A stretch of 64,000 nt of DNA from Eukaryota sp. GEM-RC1 (Eukaryota), in NCBI GenBank assembly GCA_040285855.1, contig JAUFOQ010000001.1:1302001-1366000 (forward strand), given 5' to 3'. The translations under genes and the position numbers were made by a program. The stretch's first letter is position 1. Each line of letters begins with the position of its first letter. Positions 46,498 through 58,989 of the stretch are shown here, piece after piece. The notes under the pieces are model-generated. The model made no database searches. It was not told the DNA's origin and saw nothing but the letters and a program-made list of their open reading frames with translations.

Positions 46498-47037
46498 ATG
46501 TCCGACAGTTCTGATAAAGCTCATTTATTGGTCCTTTCTTTTCTATACTTCCTCGTGGTACGCCACTTTCCAACACTACACCTACTGCTAAACGAAAGAT
46601 CTTTTTTTCCTATAGTCCATCCAATTCCAGACCAGGCTAAAAGTGAAAGAACATGTCGAATGTATATAGAGCCCTCCCCTTCATTAATAGAGTTTCCCGA
46701 CTGCCAACAGGTTACCGTTACAGTTTCGTTTACGTTAGCTCACCGTACCACCCATAAAAGAGGACCGAATATAATAATAGTATTTTATTGGAGTTTCAAA
46801 GATTTTACTAAGAGATGTTCTTTACATGCCTATGTACAGCAAATCAGCCAGGGGGGACATGTATTATGTGATGACTCTGAAGTAGAGTTTTCTTTCTATA
46901 AGTCAAAAGGGTGGTCATTCGATACAAAAACCCACTCCTGGTTGAAAAAATTGATTATTAAATACTTATCCCATAGTAACCTTGGAACTTACCAATTTTT
47001 GGAAAACGCTATCATATCACTGTATGGTGGGTACTGA
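46498..47037 (+). CDS. Unassigned 179-aa ORF, possibly a decayed DDE transposase fragment
   Basis: ATG-initiated ORF. SKGW...W.KK.IIKYL is weakly reminiscent of pogo DDE_1 segments; no firm motif. Confidence 0.25.
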   Translation: MSDSSDKAHLLVLSFLYFLVVRHFPTLHLLLNERSFFPIVHPIPDQAKSERTCRMYIEPSPSLIEFPDCQQVTVTVSFTLAHRTTHKRGPNIIIVFYWSFKDFTKRCSLHAYVQQISQGGHVLCDDSEVEFSFYKSKGWSFDTKTHSWLKKLIIKYLSHSNLGTYQFLENAIISLYGGY

Positions 47038-47750
47038 AAAACACTTTTTCGTGTAACGCTAGTGATGATATTTGCAGACGGTATGTGAAATCGTGTTCAT
47101 AAACCATGAGTTGACATCATTTGCTCCAATATAAGTATTCTCTTAACTTGACAGTCTAGCTTTTGATCTCTTTTGATGGATCTTAGCTGAAGGAAACTCG
47201 GCTTGAAGTTTGGCAACGAAATCTGTAAGTCTATCACCAACTGCAGAATGATAGATATATTCCTGTAAAGTCAATGAGACTTGACAAGACTTTTGGCCTG
47301 ACTTGTGATAGAATCTTACACTATAAAGGTCTGGTATCGGACGATGTTGATTAAACGAGGAACAATTTCAGACTCCAAAGTGAGACATATAATTTACTGT
47401 ACAGAAATCAAAACACTTTTGAGCCCGTGATGTGATTGTGTCTAAAAACAGAAAGAGTCGAACTAACATATGAGACTCAATCATAAAGATTAAGACTTCT
47501 GGTAGTGTTCAAGAGAAGATCCAGACAATTCAGCCACCACAGTAAACAGTTTCATCTGAAAACTTGGAAAATTTTGCAAAGTACTATACCTGTAAGAAAT
47601 AGATGGCGAAGGTGAGGCAGCTGGTTCATCTGTGTCGAGTTCCTTATAGTATATTATGTTATTGTTGGATTGCGAAATGGTGGTGATAAGAATAAAAAGA
47701 ATGTAAAGTACTATAATTTTATATCAATTTAAATCACTATGTAATCAACT

Positions 47751-49625
47751 TCAATCAACGATTTCAAGTACATGATTTGATTTGTTAACCTGAGCAAATG
47801 GATAATAATTACCACGACTTAACCTGGTAAGAGTTCCAGTAAGATTAATTGAAGAATTACTCACGGATTTGATTGTTAAAGTGTAATTAATTAGATTCAC
47901 ATTGATTTCGAGTAATTCACCAGGACTCCACGCGGTCTTGTTTCCTGAGAGACAACCTGTAATGCGATCACCATCATTTTCAAAACAGTGAGCATTGCCA
48001 ACACCATATTCAACTCTAAACTTTGACTCGTCAATGACTCCAACATAAAGATCATAACGATTCCCCTGGTACCTCAATTTCCAAGTATATACATTACCTG
48101 GAAGAAGTGGATCTTCTCCCAAGATATTTCTCAGACCACTACTACCACTTCCAAAAACAACTCTCTTTCCATCCCGCTTAACTTTTAACTGAGAATGTTT
48201 CTTAGTTTGGGAGAATCTAATCATTTTTGATTGAGATACCTCTGTAACTGTCCCTTGTATGGATAAACTAGAATTTTCTTGTTCTAAATCATGTGATAAT
48301 TGAGTAAGTTGGTCTTTTAAACGAGAGTTTTCTGCATCAATCTCTGAGTTCTTCTGTTTGATAGAAGCTAACTGATTGTTGACAGAATTAAAAACAGATT
48401 CATGAACCATTGATTTCAATTCCAACTCCAATTTTGAGATGATATTTTTTAAATTTGTAGACAACTGTTGAGATTCGGACAATTCACGTGATTTGTCAAA
48501 AATTTCTGATTGAAGTGACAAAACTCTATCTGACAATTGAGATTTCTGATTGTTCAAATTCTCCAAATCAGCAGAAGATAGATCATTTACATGACTGTTT
48601 GTATTTTCATCAATTGATTCGCAATCCTTTGGAAATTCTTTTGAAAGTTTGTTCAATGATTCATAAATATCTTCTAGACTTGGTCTTTCATTTATGTTCA
48701 AGTGGCAACAACTTGAAATCAGATCAACGATACGTTGGTCAATATTTGGAGGAAAATTGGACTGCAAAGTACCCATTTTGGCGCCAACAATTGCAGCATC
48801 ATCATAACCTTCGAAAAGAATTTCATTGCAAAACAATTCATAAAGCATCATACCAAGGCTATAGATATCAGATTTGAGAGACTTTGTATTAGACAAAGCT
48901 TCAGGAGCTACATATTTCAAAGTAAAATTGAGTTGATTAGTTCCATGAGTAGTTGTTTCAGAAAGAACTTTCGAAGTACCAAAGTCACTCAATCTAGCAG
49001 CACCTCCTACAATCAACACGTTTTCCGGTTTAAGATCTCCATGTAGAATGTTGTGGGAGTGTAAATGTAGAAGTGCTTCTACGATCTGTTTAGCATAGGT
49101 TAAGGAGAGATGTGAAACTGATGAAGGTACAGTGAGGGAAGCGGACGCCTTTTCCATGACAATACCAAGTTGATTCTCGGGTAACCAAACAAGGCCAAAG
49201 ACACGCAGAACACACGGATGGCTGAGATTAAACATGGTCAGCAGTTCTTTCCGGAGTCTAACTCTGTCCTTTTCTGACTTACAGAGAACAACCTTTATGG
49301 CAACCAATGCATTGCTCCATGTCCCAGAGAAGACGCGAGAGGAACCACCGACACCAAGAGGTTTAGAGAAATCGATCTGGAGGTCGCTTTCAGGTATTTC
49401 ACAAAGGAACTCCCCAGATTTAGATGACGTTACAACATCTAATAGTGCGTGATTAGTTACAGGATTGGGGAGTTTTGGGATGCGACAGAAAGGACATGCG
49501 GAGAGAGATGATACACATGTCAAACATGATGTATGTTGATTACTGCAGATCACAGTTGGTGTAAGATCTTTACTGTCATATGACTCCTCACAGATTTTGC
49601 ATCGGAGGATGTTGGATAAAGACAT
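47751..49625 (-). CDS. RING finger - TKL-like protein kinase - coiled coil - SPRY/B30.2-like protein
   Basis: Intact 624-aa ORF. RING: CKIC...CSNQHTSCLTC...CPFCR. Kinase: LGVGGSSRV, VAIK, HGDLKPENVL, DFG, YVAPE, DIYSLG. Heptad region. The C-terminal module is near-identical in framework to those of the BTB genes. Confidence 0.92.
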   Translation of the reverse strand: MSLSNILRCKICEESYDSKDLTPTVICSNQHTSCLTCVSSLSACPFCRIPKLPNPVTNHALLDVVTSSKSGEFLCEIPESDLQIDFSKPLGVGGSSRVFSGTWSNALVAIKVVLCKSEKDRVRLRKELLTMFNLSHPCVLRVFGLVWLPENQLGIVMEKASASLTVPSSVSHLSLTYAKQIVEALLHLHSHNILHGDLKPENVLIVGGAARLSDFGTSKVLSETTTHGTNQLNFTLKYVAPEALSNTKSLKSDIYSLGMMLYELFCNEILFEGYDDAAIVGAKMGTLQSNFPPNIDQRIVDLISSCCHLNINERPSLEDIYESLNKLSKEFPKDCESIDENTNSHVNDLSSADLENLNNQKSQLSDRVLSLQSEIFDKSRELSESQQLSTNLKNIISKLELELKSMVHESVFNSVNNQLASIKQKNSEIDAENSRLKDQLTQLSHDLEQENSSLSIQGTVTEVSQSKMIRFSQTKKHSQLKVKRDGKRVVFGSGSSGLRNILGEDPLLPGNVYTWKLRYQGNRYDLYVGVIDESKFRVEYGVGNAHCFENDGDRITGCLSGNKTAWSPGELLEINVNLINYTLTIKSVSNSSINLTGTLTRLSRGNYYPFAQVNKSNHVLEIVD

Positions 49626-50829
49626 GATTAGGGAGAAGGTCGAAAATCAAATGAAAGACACTTCTAAGAACTTCAGCATCACATTGTTTCACTTAAATCA
49701 ATTGTTTTTAAATCAAATACAAGAACAACAAGACAATGATGTCCATAGACTGTGACAGTATTAACTTGAAGTTCAGTCCAATTCTACCTAGAAATCTAGG
49801 CCTAGGGTCTAGACTCTAGGCATTTTGGAACCCAATGAAGTTAAGTACTGACTATAGCTATAAATTGTTATATATTTTTAAAAACTGTATATAATAATTA
49901 ACCAAAACTGTAATTTATTACACATAGAAATTGGTTGTATAGAATGTAGTGTTGCACCAATTTCAGTTTCGAAATTATCCATGTAGATGGCAAGAACAAC
50001 TTGTCCGCCGATCTACTGAGCCGCCTAAATTCAGCTCACAAGAGCTCGCAAGATTATAATTCCAACCAGGAATTATGTAAACTACCGACGTTTTGTTTTC
50101 ATTGCTCCTCCATAAAGGGCTTTCATGAGCTAGGAAATTATTTCAAAGAAATTAGAATTGATGTGACCGAATCCCAAAAAGATGAACTGGTGTTAAAAAC
50201 TATCGAATGCAAGGTGTTTGCTAACACGAATCATGTGAAGTTACTCAATTTGCTGACCGGCACCGAGACTTTGGCTTAGCCCTCAAGCTATTCCACCCTC
50301 AGTCTACCAAAATCTGACTATTTATCTGCCATCGCTGCTCAATGTTTTGTAAATACGTACTGTAGAACGCAATTTCCGTAATACCAGTCTTTCAAATGCA
50401 TAAAGGTCTTTGTAGAATTTAATGACAAACGATCCACATTCTTTAAATGGTTTGCTCTACACAAGCAAATTAAATATATACTAAAATAGATATGTGAACA
50501 ATGCAATAAACGAGTGAGTACTACGAAATATACCATAACAAAGAGCCCAAAAACCCAAAAATTGTATGTCTAAACTTTTTGAACTTCTATTTTAGTTCAA
50601 AGTACTGATCTAACAACGGCCATTTTCTGTTGGAAGGCAAAAGTTTCTAATATAGAAATTAACAATTCTACATCATAATGTTGGACTAAACTAGATATAT
50701 TCAACCGAACTGAGGCAAAATTTTGTCAATGTTTATTTGAGAGGAACCATGACATTGACCCTTAGCATATTCAACAGCGAGAAAAGAGAAGGAGTTGGGT
50801 AAGGAGAAGGGATAACAATATCGTTCCTT

Positions 50830-51282
50830 TACTATTCCAATATGATCTTCTCAGCAAAAGCAATAGGCGTGGAGCGTTTGATTTGACTAAGGTTCGTGTC
50901 TTTCCTTAGTTTGTTCCTTTTTGAGTAAGAGAGATCATTTGAAAGCACATGGAAGAGTGTAACACTTCGCAGCATCAACGACATCACAACCTCGTTCGGC
51001 GATCTCATCAGGGAGTTCAACTAGACGTGATGGGATCGTTTATTCCGGAGAAAGAATGCCCTTAAGAGCAGCTTCAACAGGATCTCTGAGAGCAGAGTGT
51101 GTATGCTTCTCCGAGGAACATTTCATTCGGCAGATATGGTTGTTATTTAAGGAAGAAGTGTAGTGAAAGCAGGCAGTGTGACCAAGTTTACATAGACGCA
51201 AGGGGTCAGAGAGGTTGGTAGTAGGTGAAATAATACCACCTCCTCGCTCTATAAGCCTATCTAATCTTTCTTCAATGAGCAT
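50830..51282 (-). mobile_element. Probable decayed 3' end of an RLE-type non-LTR retrotransposon
   Basis: Cys/His cluster followed by HTHSALRD, then SVTLFHV...K.NK...TPIAFAE. The order of motifs fits zinc finger plus RLE. Confidence 0.4.
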
Positions 51283-52606
51283 CTCTCTGAAGTCAGGTTA
51301 TTCCCTTTACGAGAGACAATTCGACAGTCTTTGCTACTACCAACAAACAACAGAGTTTCCATCCTTAAAGAGATCATCGATCTTACTCGCCAAGTCATTT
51401 CCCTCTTTAATTTCTACTCCCTTCGAGAACTTCTCCAAGTGTCAACTCCTCATTATCCTCAAAGAAATACACATCCTTATAACTCTAGTACTTCTCTTTG
51501 TTTGTTATTCTCCTTTTTCAACACAAACACGAACACACTTAATAACAATGCGTGTGTAATAGTAATGAAGGAACTCACAAATATGTCAAATGAAAAACAT
51601 CATCAGTCATTGGTTGGTACGCAGACATCAGTATCAGAAATTGATTTTGCATAAGACAATGAATATCCACATTTCCTTTGATTCCTTGTCTTATTGCTCT
51701 TTCAGTAGTTTTAATCGGTGACTGAAGTAATTTCATCCACTTAGAATTTCTGAATTTATCTGTGGGAAGTGTAATGGAAAGATCTAAAGGCAACATTATG
51801 ACTTTTGACATGTGTTCTCGTCTTCTCAGTGTAATCCTCAAGTTCTACACTCTGGGAAACAAGACTTAAAATCACAAAAATGGCAGATTTAGTACCCCGA
51901 TCATTAAACTCAACTTGTTGTCAATTTCAATTTCTTAGTTAGTTGTCAGTGTTGATTTCATTACTACAACATCCACTGTAATACTGATCATCAACAAAAC
52001 CAACAATCTTGTTTGTTCGAATCAAGCTAACAAGTAGTTGTTACTTCATCAAGAATAACATTAATCCAATCTACAGCATAAGAATCTCATAGAATTGCTT
52101 AAAGGGATTTAGTTTTCCTGGTGGTAGGCTTTTGAGTTCCTTAATTTGGTTTCCATCTGTAGTACTCATTGAATTCAGTTCATTACGTAACCATTTCTGG
52201 AATCAAAACAGTACTGATTGGGGGCTATTTATCTGGACAATTTTCTTCAAAGCTTTAAGACATGATTTTTGAGCAGGAAAGACTCTATTAGTAATGAGCT
52301 TCCATTATTAGTAGACGTTCATCCAGTTCAGAAAAAGTATTGTCCAAAAACAAAAGATTGATTGACATTGTGTTTAGGATTTGATTTAAATAGTCAATTT
52401 AATTCGACGTTCATACTTTCGGGTAAGATAGTACGTTGACGACTGTACCAACTCTGGATTTCCTGTATGTGGTGGCATACTGCGCAACCATTTCCGACAA
52501 AGTGAGCTGTAATACCGAGAAAACTGGAAATCGCAATCGAAGTTCACACATCAAGTGTGGGTGAAATATGCACAATGTGACTAAGTTCGCTGTTTCAACG
52601 TCTGTT

Positions 52607-52909
52607 TCATAGATTGGACCACATATTTAATTCTATCAGACAAAGTTCGTCGCCGGATGGGAACAAAATTGTTATTATCTTAACCAGAAAATGTTTTTGT
52701 TGGCGACATGACCATCCATCAACTGTTAAACAGAGAGCAGTATCGCAGTTTTGCATTTTGGTGGCAGTTGAATCTCGTTCTACGGAGTATTTAGATTTGC
52801 GGAGTCGGCCAAATGATCTTCTGGAAGGAATAATAGGTTTGGCGTTCATTGAATGACTTATCTGCACACAATTTTCCAACTGAGTAGATTCAAGAATCTG
52901 TTTCATCAA
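52607..52909 (-). mobile_element. hAT transposase fragment
   Basis: IPSRRSFGR...LCLTVDGWSCRQQKHFL: the hAT PSR motif and the first catalytic D-G-W-S. Confidence 0.75.
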
Positions 52910-53089
52910 CGGAATGGTATATCAACAAAAAGATGGAATATTCGGTTAGGTACAGAATTTGTTTCAATTGTTGCATTTTTCTCAAACAACTCTGCCCAGG
53001 AATTCAATGTTCTAAGAGGAGCGTCCAAAGTACCGTCAAGATCTTTGAATTGTTCAACCGAGATGCTGAGACATTCCTCTTTCAAGCTC
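52895..53089. repeat. About 190-bp segment repeated directly at 60738-60937 (upstream part of the same hAT remnant)
   Basis: Shared TTTTTCTCAAACAACTCTGCCCAGGAATTCAATGTTCTAAGAG.AGCGTCCAAAGTA...GAGATGCTGAGACATTCCTCTTTCAAGCTC. Confidence 0.85.
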
Positions 53090-54899
53090 CATTTCTTAAT
53101 ACAGTCTATTCAGCATGACTAACGTTTTCCGATGAAACTCTGATGGAGAAGGCATACAGTTTACTTTTGTCGTTGTCGCCAGTTAACCATTTCAATACCG
53201 ATCCACTAATGGTTATCTTGACAATTTCGTACATTCTACCGTATTCAAACACAAACTTAGGATCAGCGTCAGAATGTAAGTTTCACTAACCCTTTACTTA
53301 GTGGAACTTTTACATAATTGTTCACAAAGTTACACGTGATAATTAAATGACAACGGACAGTCATTTGTATTATAACGTCGGTTTCAACAAATAAATGTAA
53401 AAAGTGTTATATTTAGTTAAATACACATGTTTTCATTTGAATAATACAAAAATACGTAAAATACAAAAGTATATTAAATGCAGGTTTCTGTATTTGACAA
53501 GTATGATTGTATTTATCAACACCCGTCACAAGCACTCTATATATAATAACATGACGGAAAAAAACAGAGTAAGTGGATATTGACTGTGTATAAACTGAGT
53601 ATGCTTTGGATTTTTCAATTCAATTTTAGGTATATCTGAAGTGTTGATTTGTGCACAAGTACTCCCGGAGACAATGTTGTGAGTAACACTACTATTTCGT
53701 AGTTTAGCCAACATCTTTGCCTTCTCCGCATAATTCACATTTTTTCTTGTTAGTTAGTAGTTTGTTAAATAAAGACAACGTTGATCTTTCAGTTTCGCTG
53801 TCTAGTTAGGTTGAAGAGAAAATCAGAACATGGAATCTGATCATATCTTAGGCTTAAACCTGTTTATGACCGACATTGATTGGTGATATTAAAATGGTAA
53901 TTCTAAAGTAGAATTTCTACTACTTCTACCAAATAAAAATAACAAACAAGTAATGATGTTACAAATTTGTATTTTTGTTTACTTTATTTTCGGAGGTGGT
54001 GTATTTCCCAACTATGGACCATAACCTAATTCCCTTACAAAAGTTCAATCACGTTGAGAATAACGGATGAGAATTCCTCTTAAAGATTGATTACAAATTG
54101 TTTACCATGCCACAAGAAAGTTCAACCATCAAAAGTGAGCTGAATCTGATCAGATGTATGATATCCTTGAAATTCTTGATAGACCTGGAAGTAGTAAAAT
54201 CAATTGACAGTACTAAGAATGGTCCACAATAACTACCATGTAGCGTGGATGACTTAGTTGCATTGAACACAAGGTCCCCTGCCTTAAATGGATTAGGTTG
54301 AGATTTCTTTGAAAGGAGCCATGTCGTCGATGAACGAAATTTCCGTAGTGGAACATTCGATCGCTTTTAACATAGTACCGGGGTCTGCACCTGGGCTTCC
54401 ACACTCTCATCTTGTAGAAAGAACATCATAGGTTCAATCACTCTACGAACAGTCAACGACATATCTTAAGTTCTATGAGTTAGCTACACGAGTTCATGAA
54501 GTGTTAAGTGCTCATATAATTTCATTTATAAACATCGTCTCTCTAATAAACGGCAATGAAATCAAATCAGTGGTCAACCCAGTGTTGTTGTTGTTAGGGT
54601 TTCTTTATAATATAAATCTTCTTCCCTTGTCTTAAGAGAATCCATCTCCTGTTGACACATAGCTGGTAGATCCTACACGGGCGGATTACACTTCGTCTGA
54701 CATTCCCTCCACTTCAAACATTCCTTCTTTGAGTACTTCTTCGTGTAAACCTAAAGTTGTCTCCAAACATTAGGCTGTCTCCAAACGTAAAACTACTACC
54801 ACAGCTAGTACTTCCACAGCTACTACTTCCACATCAAAAGCCACTTCTACATTAAAACCTTCATCACTAGAAACTTCATCTTTAATAATTTTAGAGTAT

Positions 54900-55670
54900 G
54901 CTCAGGTCAAAGGTTCTTTCACCTTGAAAAACGTAGAACAAGACCTACAAGTGGATTTTAGGAGGTTGTACGATGTCTTCAACATTTTGATAACAACTTC
55001 TTTATTCCATTTCACAGAAGAAGATGGAACAACAGCCTATACTTGGTGTGATGAATCCACTACAAATGACCCATTAACCATAGCAACACTGTCCTTTGAT
55101 CTGATTTGTACCCACATAAATCACTGTGAATGTTACCACTTCTGAAACGTTCAAGAGATTCAGGAGCTCTACGAGAGAACATGACCTTGGTACGAGGTGA
55201 TGGACGGAAATCTCGGCCAATTCGCACTCAGCAGTCCTTGAAAGTGCTGATCTTACTGCACTTGGCTAGAGATTTCTTCTCTGACTGTTGTAACATTGAT
55301 GCAATCTCACAGATGCCAATTGTCATCTACTTGTTCGGCCTTGTCAGTAGTGATTGGGTCTTCTGTACCGAAATAGCTATCAGGGTCTTTGCATCATGTT
55401 GATCTTTCTGACAATCTAATTGTTGACAAGGATGCAATGTCTCTACTCAAGACATTAAGATGTAATTTTACTTTGAGAAGTCTGGACCTCAGTAGTAATC
55501 TTATTGAAAATTTGACCGCTACTAAAGATTAGGTTTAGGTGATAATAGAAGTTCAAATGTTCTTGATCTTAGTAGAAATTATATATCCACCGAAAATGCT
55601 ACTGATATGACCTTGTATGTTAAATCAAAGAAGTGGAATGCTTTTACTTCTATTAATGTTTCAGATCAAC
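54900..55670 (+). pseudogene. Decayed RNI-like LRR gene
   Basis: Fragments SLKVLIL, DLSDNLIVDKDAMSLLKTLRCNFTLRSLDLSSNLIEN, VLDLSRNYI, with many stops and frameshifts. Confidence 0.6.
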
Positions 55671-57204
55671 AATTATATTGATGGCGTTTATATTAAAAAA
55701 CAAATTTGTTAAGCAATAACTTCCTTCAAAAGATGTCAATCAGTGTTGAAATTCTAAGTGGAAGAAATTCCTTCCTCCACTGAGCAGAACTACAGAAGTA
55801 AACACAAATTATAACCAAAAGAAAAAGAAATACAACAACACAACAAAATCTTAGATCGATCATCTAGACTTTTTCACATTGTTGAATAAAAAAAACTTAG
55901 AGAGCTTTTCACGACAGAAAGATTCACGACAAACTGAGACTGGGAAAACTTAAGTATGTTTTTTAAGACTTTCTAAAAAAGTGATAAATTCCTTGTGATA
56001 GTCTAATGGTAGCACTATCTTGTATACTGCTTGTTGTGGGGTTTACGTCCGCGAGCAAGGAATGAAACTTGAAAAATTACTTCACTTTAACAGAGTACAC
56101 AATACATGAAGATGTGCAGGTAAAGAAAACCGGAAATTTCCTGAAAATCAAGATATGCACACGAGGAATCCTGATGACCTAATCATCATTGTAGCAGAAA
56201 CAGGATGCCAATCATAGAGAGCGAAAACATTGACCCAAAGCAACTTACTAGCCTTTTTAATGTTATAGGTCAAAATTCAAGGAGAAACCTTGAGAATCTT
56301 GTTGACTTAACAGGTATTCTAGTGTGACTCAGCAACACGTCATGCTACATGCATTATACTGAGCAACTTTGTACCTGTGCATATGAAACTACTTGAAGCT
56401 CTTTAGATCCAGTCTAAATCTCTTTCTCAGAACATACCCTTAACTTCTCACCTTGAAAACTCTTCCCGACTTAAGTCTTCTGCTCTCCTCACAATCGAAA
56501 CGACAATCCCAATGGAAGACGTTCCTTCCAATTTCTCCAATCCTCGTCCTCGTAATTCTTTAGGACATTGTCCCTCCCCGCGAACTCTCGAAGTGGTTAC
56601 CCTTCGCCTGCTCCTTCACCCCACGCTCAGAACCTCGTACTCCTCGAAACCATACAATGTCATCATTTGAGTGGAGTTCCATCGCCAACAATGTGAGTGA
56701 ACAGAATATGAATCAAAATATGTCGAACACAGACAAGCCATGGTACACATGGAAAATATTTATTGGAATCAGCCCAACAACAATAGAACATGCCAATCAA
56801 GCAAGTTGAAACTTAACCACAAACCTGCTATCCTACCTTGAAAGACCTTCTTTCAGTTCCTATCAACCACTTCTACCTTGTTGATAATGTTGCATCATTG
56901 AAAAACATCTTGAACGTACTTGTACACAACACTATCCTCACAATTTGAACAAGTCTACTTAACATTGCTGAAACATGAAATGTCCTTTTGTTGGATGCTT
57001 CAGTCTACAAGAGTCCTTGATGGTGGTCTTCTACTACTTTGTATCACTTTCGTTGATGATCTTGCATTTCCTCCATTCATCTTACTTTCACTCTAACACA
57101 ATGCTAAACTCTATCATCGCCGAAACTAAAATCAAATCTGGGGACATAGTTCTCCCCTCTTTTCTCAGTATTTGCTTACACCGCTTGTATATCATCCATC
57201 CTCC

Positions 57205-57429
57205 AAATCACCAATTATCAGTCACTGCTTCCTTCGTGACTTCGACGTCGTTCCTTCCGCGGCCAGAACTAAGATCGAACTAGCGTTAACCCAAGATGAA
57301 GAAGTTGGTGACGGAACAACCTCAGTCATGATCCTCGCTTCTGAACTCCTTCCCTACGCTAAACCTCTCTTCAACAGTCACCCCACCATCATCGTTGAAG
57401 ACTGCAACAAACTTCTCTACGAGTTTTAA
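57205..57429 (+). pseudogene. CCT3: Isolated fragment of a TCP-1/CCT chaperonin subunit (gamma-like)
   Basis: LRDFDVVPSAARTKIELALTQDEEVGDGTTSVMILASELL...HPTIIV contains the chaperonin GDGTTS signature, with the TQDEEVGDGTTSV form typical of CCT gamma. The flanks show no continuation. Confidence 0.75.
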
Positions 57430-58989
57430 GTGACGACTTTCAATGTACACCTTTCTGTTGTTCACCTTTTGCTTTTCCCCGCTTTTGAGATACTTATGGG
57501 TGCTACCATTAAAATTCGTCTGTCCAGGATTTGACATGTTAGACTTGAATGCTTGCGAGGATTGTACAGTCCGTGTTATGTTTACATTTGTTATCCTAAT
57601 GAACACTCACTCTGATGACGTGACTGAATGTTGTTGTTCCGACATCTCGTCTTTTTCGAGTTGTGTGAACTTAAAATTTCTTAGCACAATTTGTCATTTG
57701 ATTTGGGAGTGTACAAATGATTATTGCCTTCATCTTTTTTTTTCTTTGTACCTTTAAGTGCGACTATTCATGATTAAACTAAGGAAATTGGTGTAGAATT
57801 GTTTGAATTCAGTATATGTCGAGAATATTTGAGAATCATCATGTTTATTTAAATATCATTACGTTCTGACACCAAATCATGATGGTGAAAGCAAATTTCG
57901 TTATTAATTTGGCAATTTGTATTACTTAGTTTTTTTTACGACTCAATTTTTTATGGATATTTAGATGAAGAAAAACACTGGCAACAATTTTTTGGTATTG
58001 TAATAAGTTGGTATTGGTAATAGTTTTTGACTTTAGGTACATACACCAAGATATGCACCACATCTTCTATTCATTTTTTAAAATGTACCACTCGCGAAAA
58101 GCAAATCGTGTTGTCAACAACTGTAGAACAATCTATGGCAATAATAAATCGGCATGATGATATGACAAATCTTGTTGCTACTGGTTTCAGAAGTTCTGAA
58201 TGGTTTCAGAATGGCGACAAAACTTTTGCATGATTCTTCACAAATTTGATTAACTTGATTGCATCTTGAAACCCTCCTTTTACCAAAGATACAGGTTCAA
58301 GGTCTTCAAGAAACAAATCAAGACAGTGAACAACACAAAGTTCCAATAAATGTCAGAAACACTTGATTCAAATATAGTTCTGGCAGATTCGTTAATTGGT
58401 GCCAAAATGAGTAGAATCAGGAGTTATCAGGTTTTTGTTTCTGGGCGTTCTGGTTGTCATCGAATTGGTACAAAGTGCATTTACTAGTTTTCTTTGATGG
58501 AAGAGAGAATAAAACGAATGAAGTACTACTTGAGCGACGCTTCTGAGAGAGGAGTGGTGAATTAGATGGAGGAGTAGGACATGCTTTAACACTAGGAAGA
58601 GAACACAAGTGTTGCTTCATGTGTTGTGTAATGCCGGTGAAGCAATGCTTACATGGCGTTGACCTAACACGAGGGTCTTTTGGTCTTCCACTATAGATGA
58701 TCGAAGTTCCGCTTCTACATCTATGACTTCGTCATCAACCACTGTAAAATACTGACGAAGATTGGACTTATGAAAACAATGATGTGACAGAGATTTTATG
58801 TGGAGGAATATTGAGATTTTAAAGCTCAAATCTACGTTTCGGACATGGAAACGCTTTTCCACAGAAATTTTGGCACGTTCCGTGCAACACTAACAAAGGT
58901 TCAACTCTTAAGTTAAAGGTGTTAGCACTGCAACATTGCATTTTCTCTCTCTTGGACTTCTCAAGGTACAAAGGATAAGAAAAGTGTTA

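Noticed and set aside
5840..49452. Numerous short ORFs antisense to or overlapping the LRR, kinase, BTB and pol genes
   Set aside because: Shadow ORFs of real coding sequence, with no independent motifs.
54583..54660. Possible solo LTR beginning TGTTGTTG
   Set aside because: Only compositional resemblance to the 130-bp LTR; no defined 3' end or TSD.
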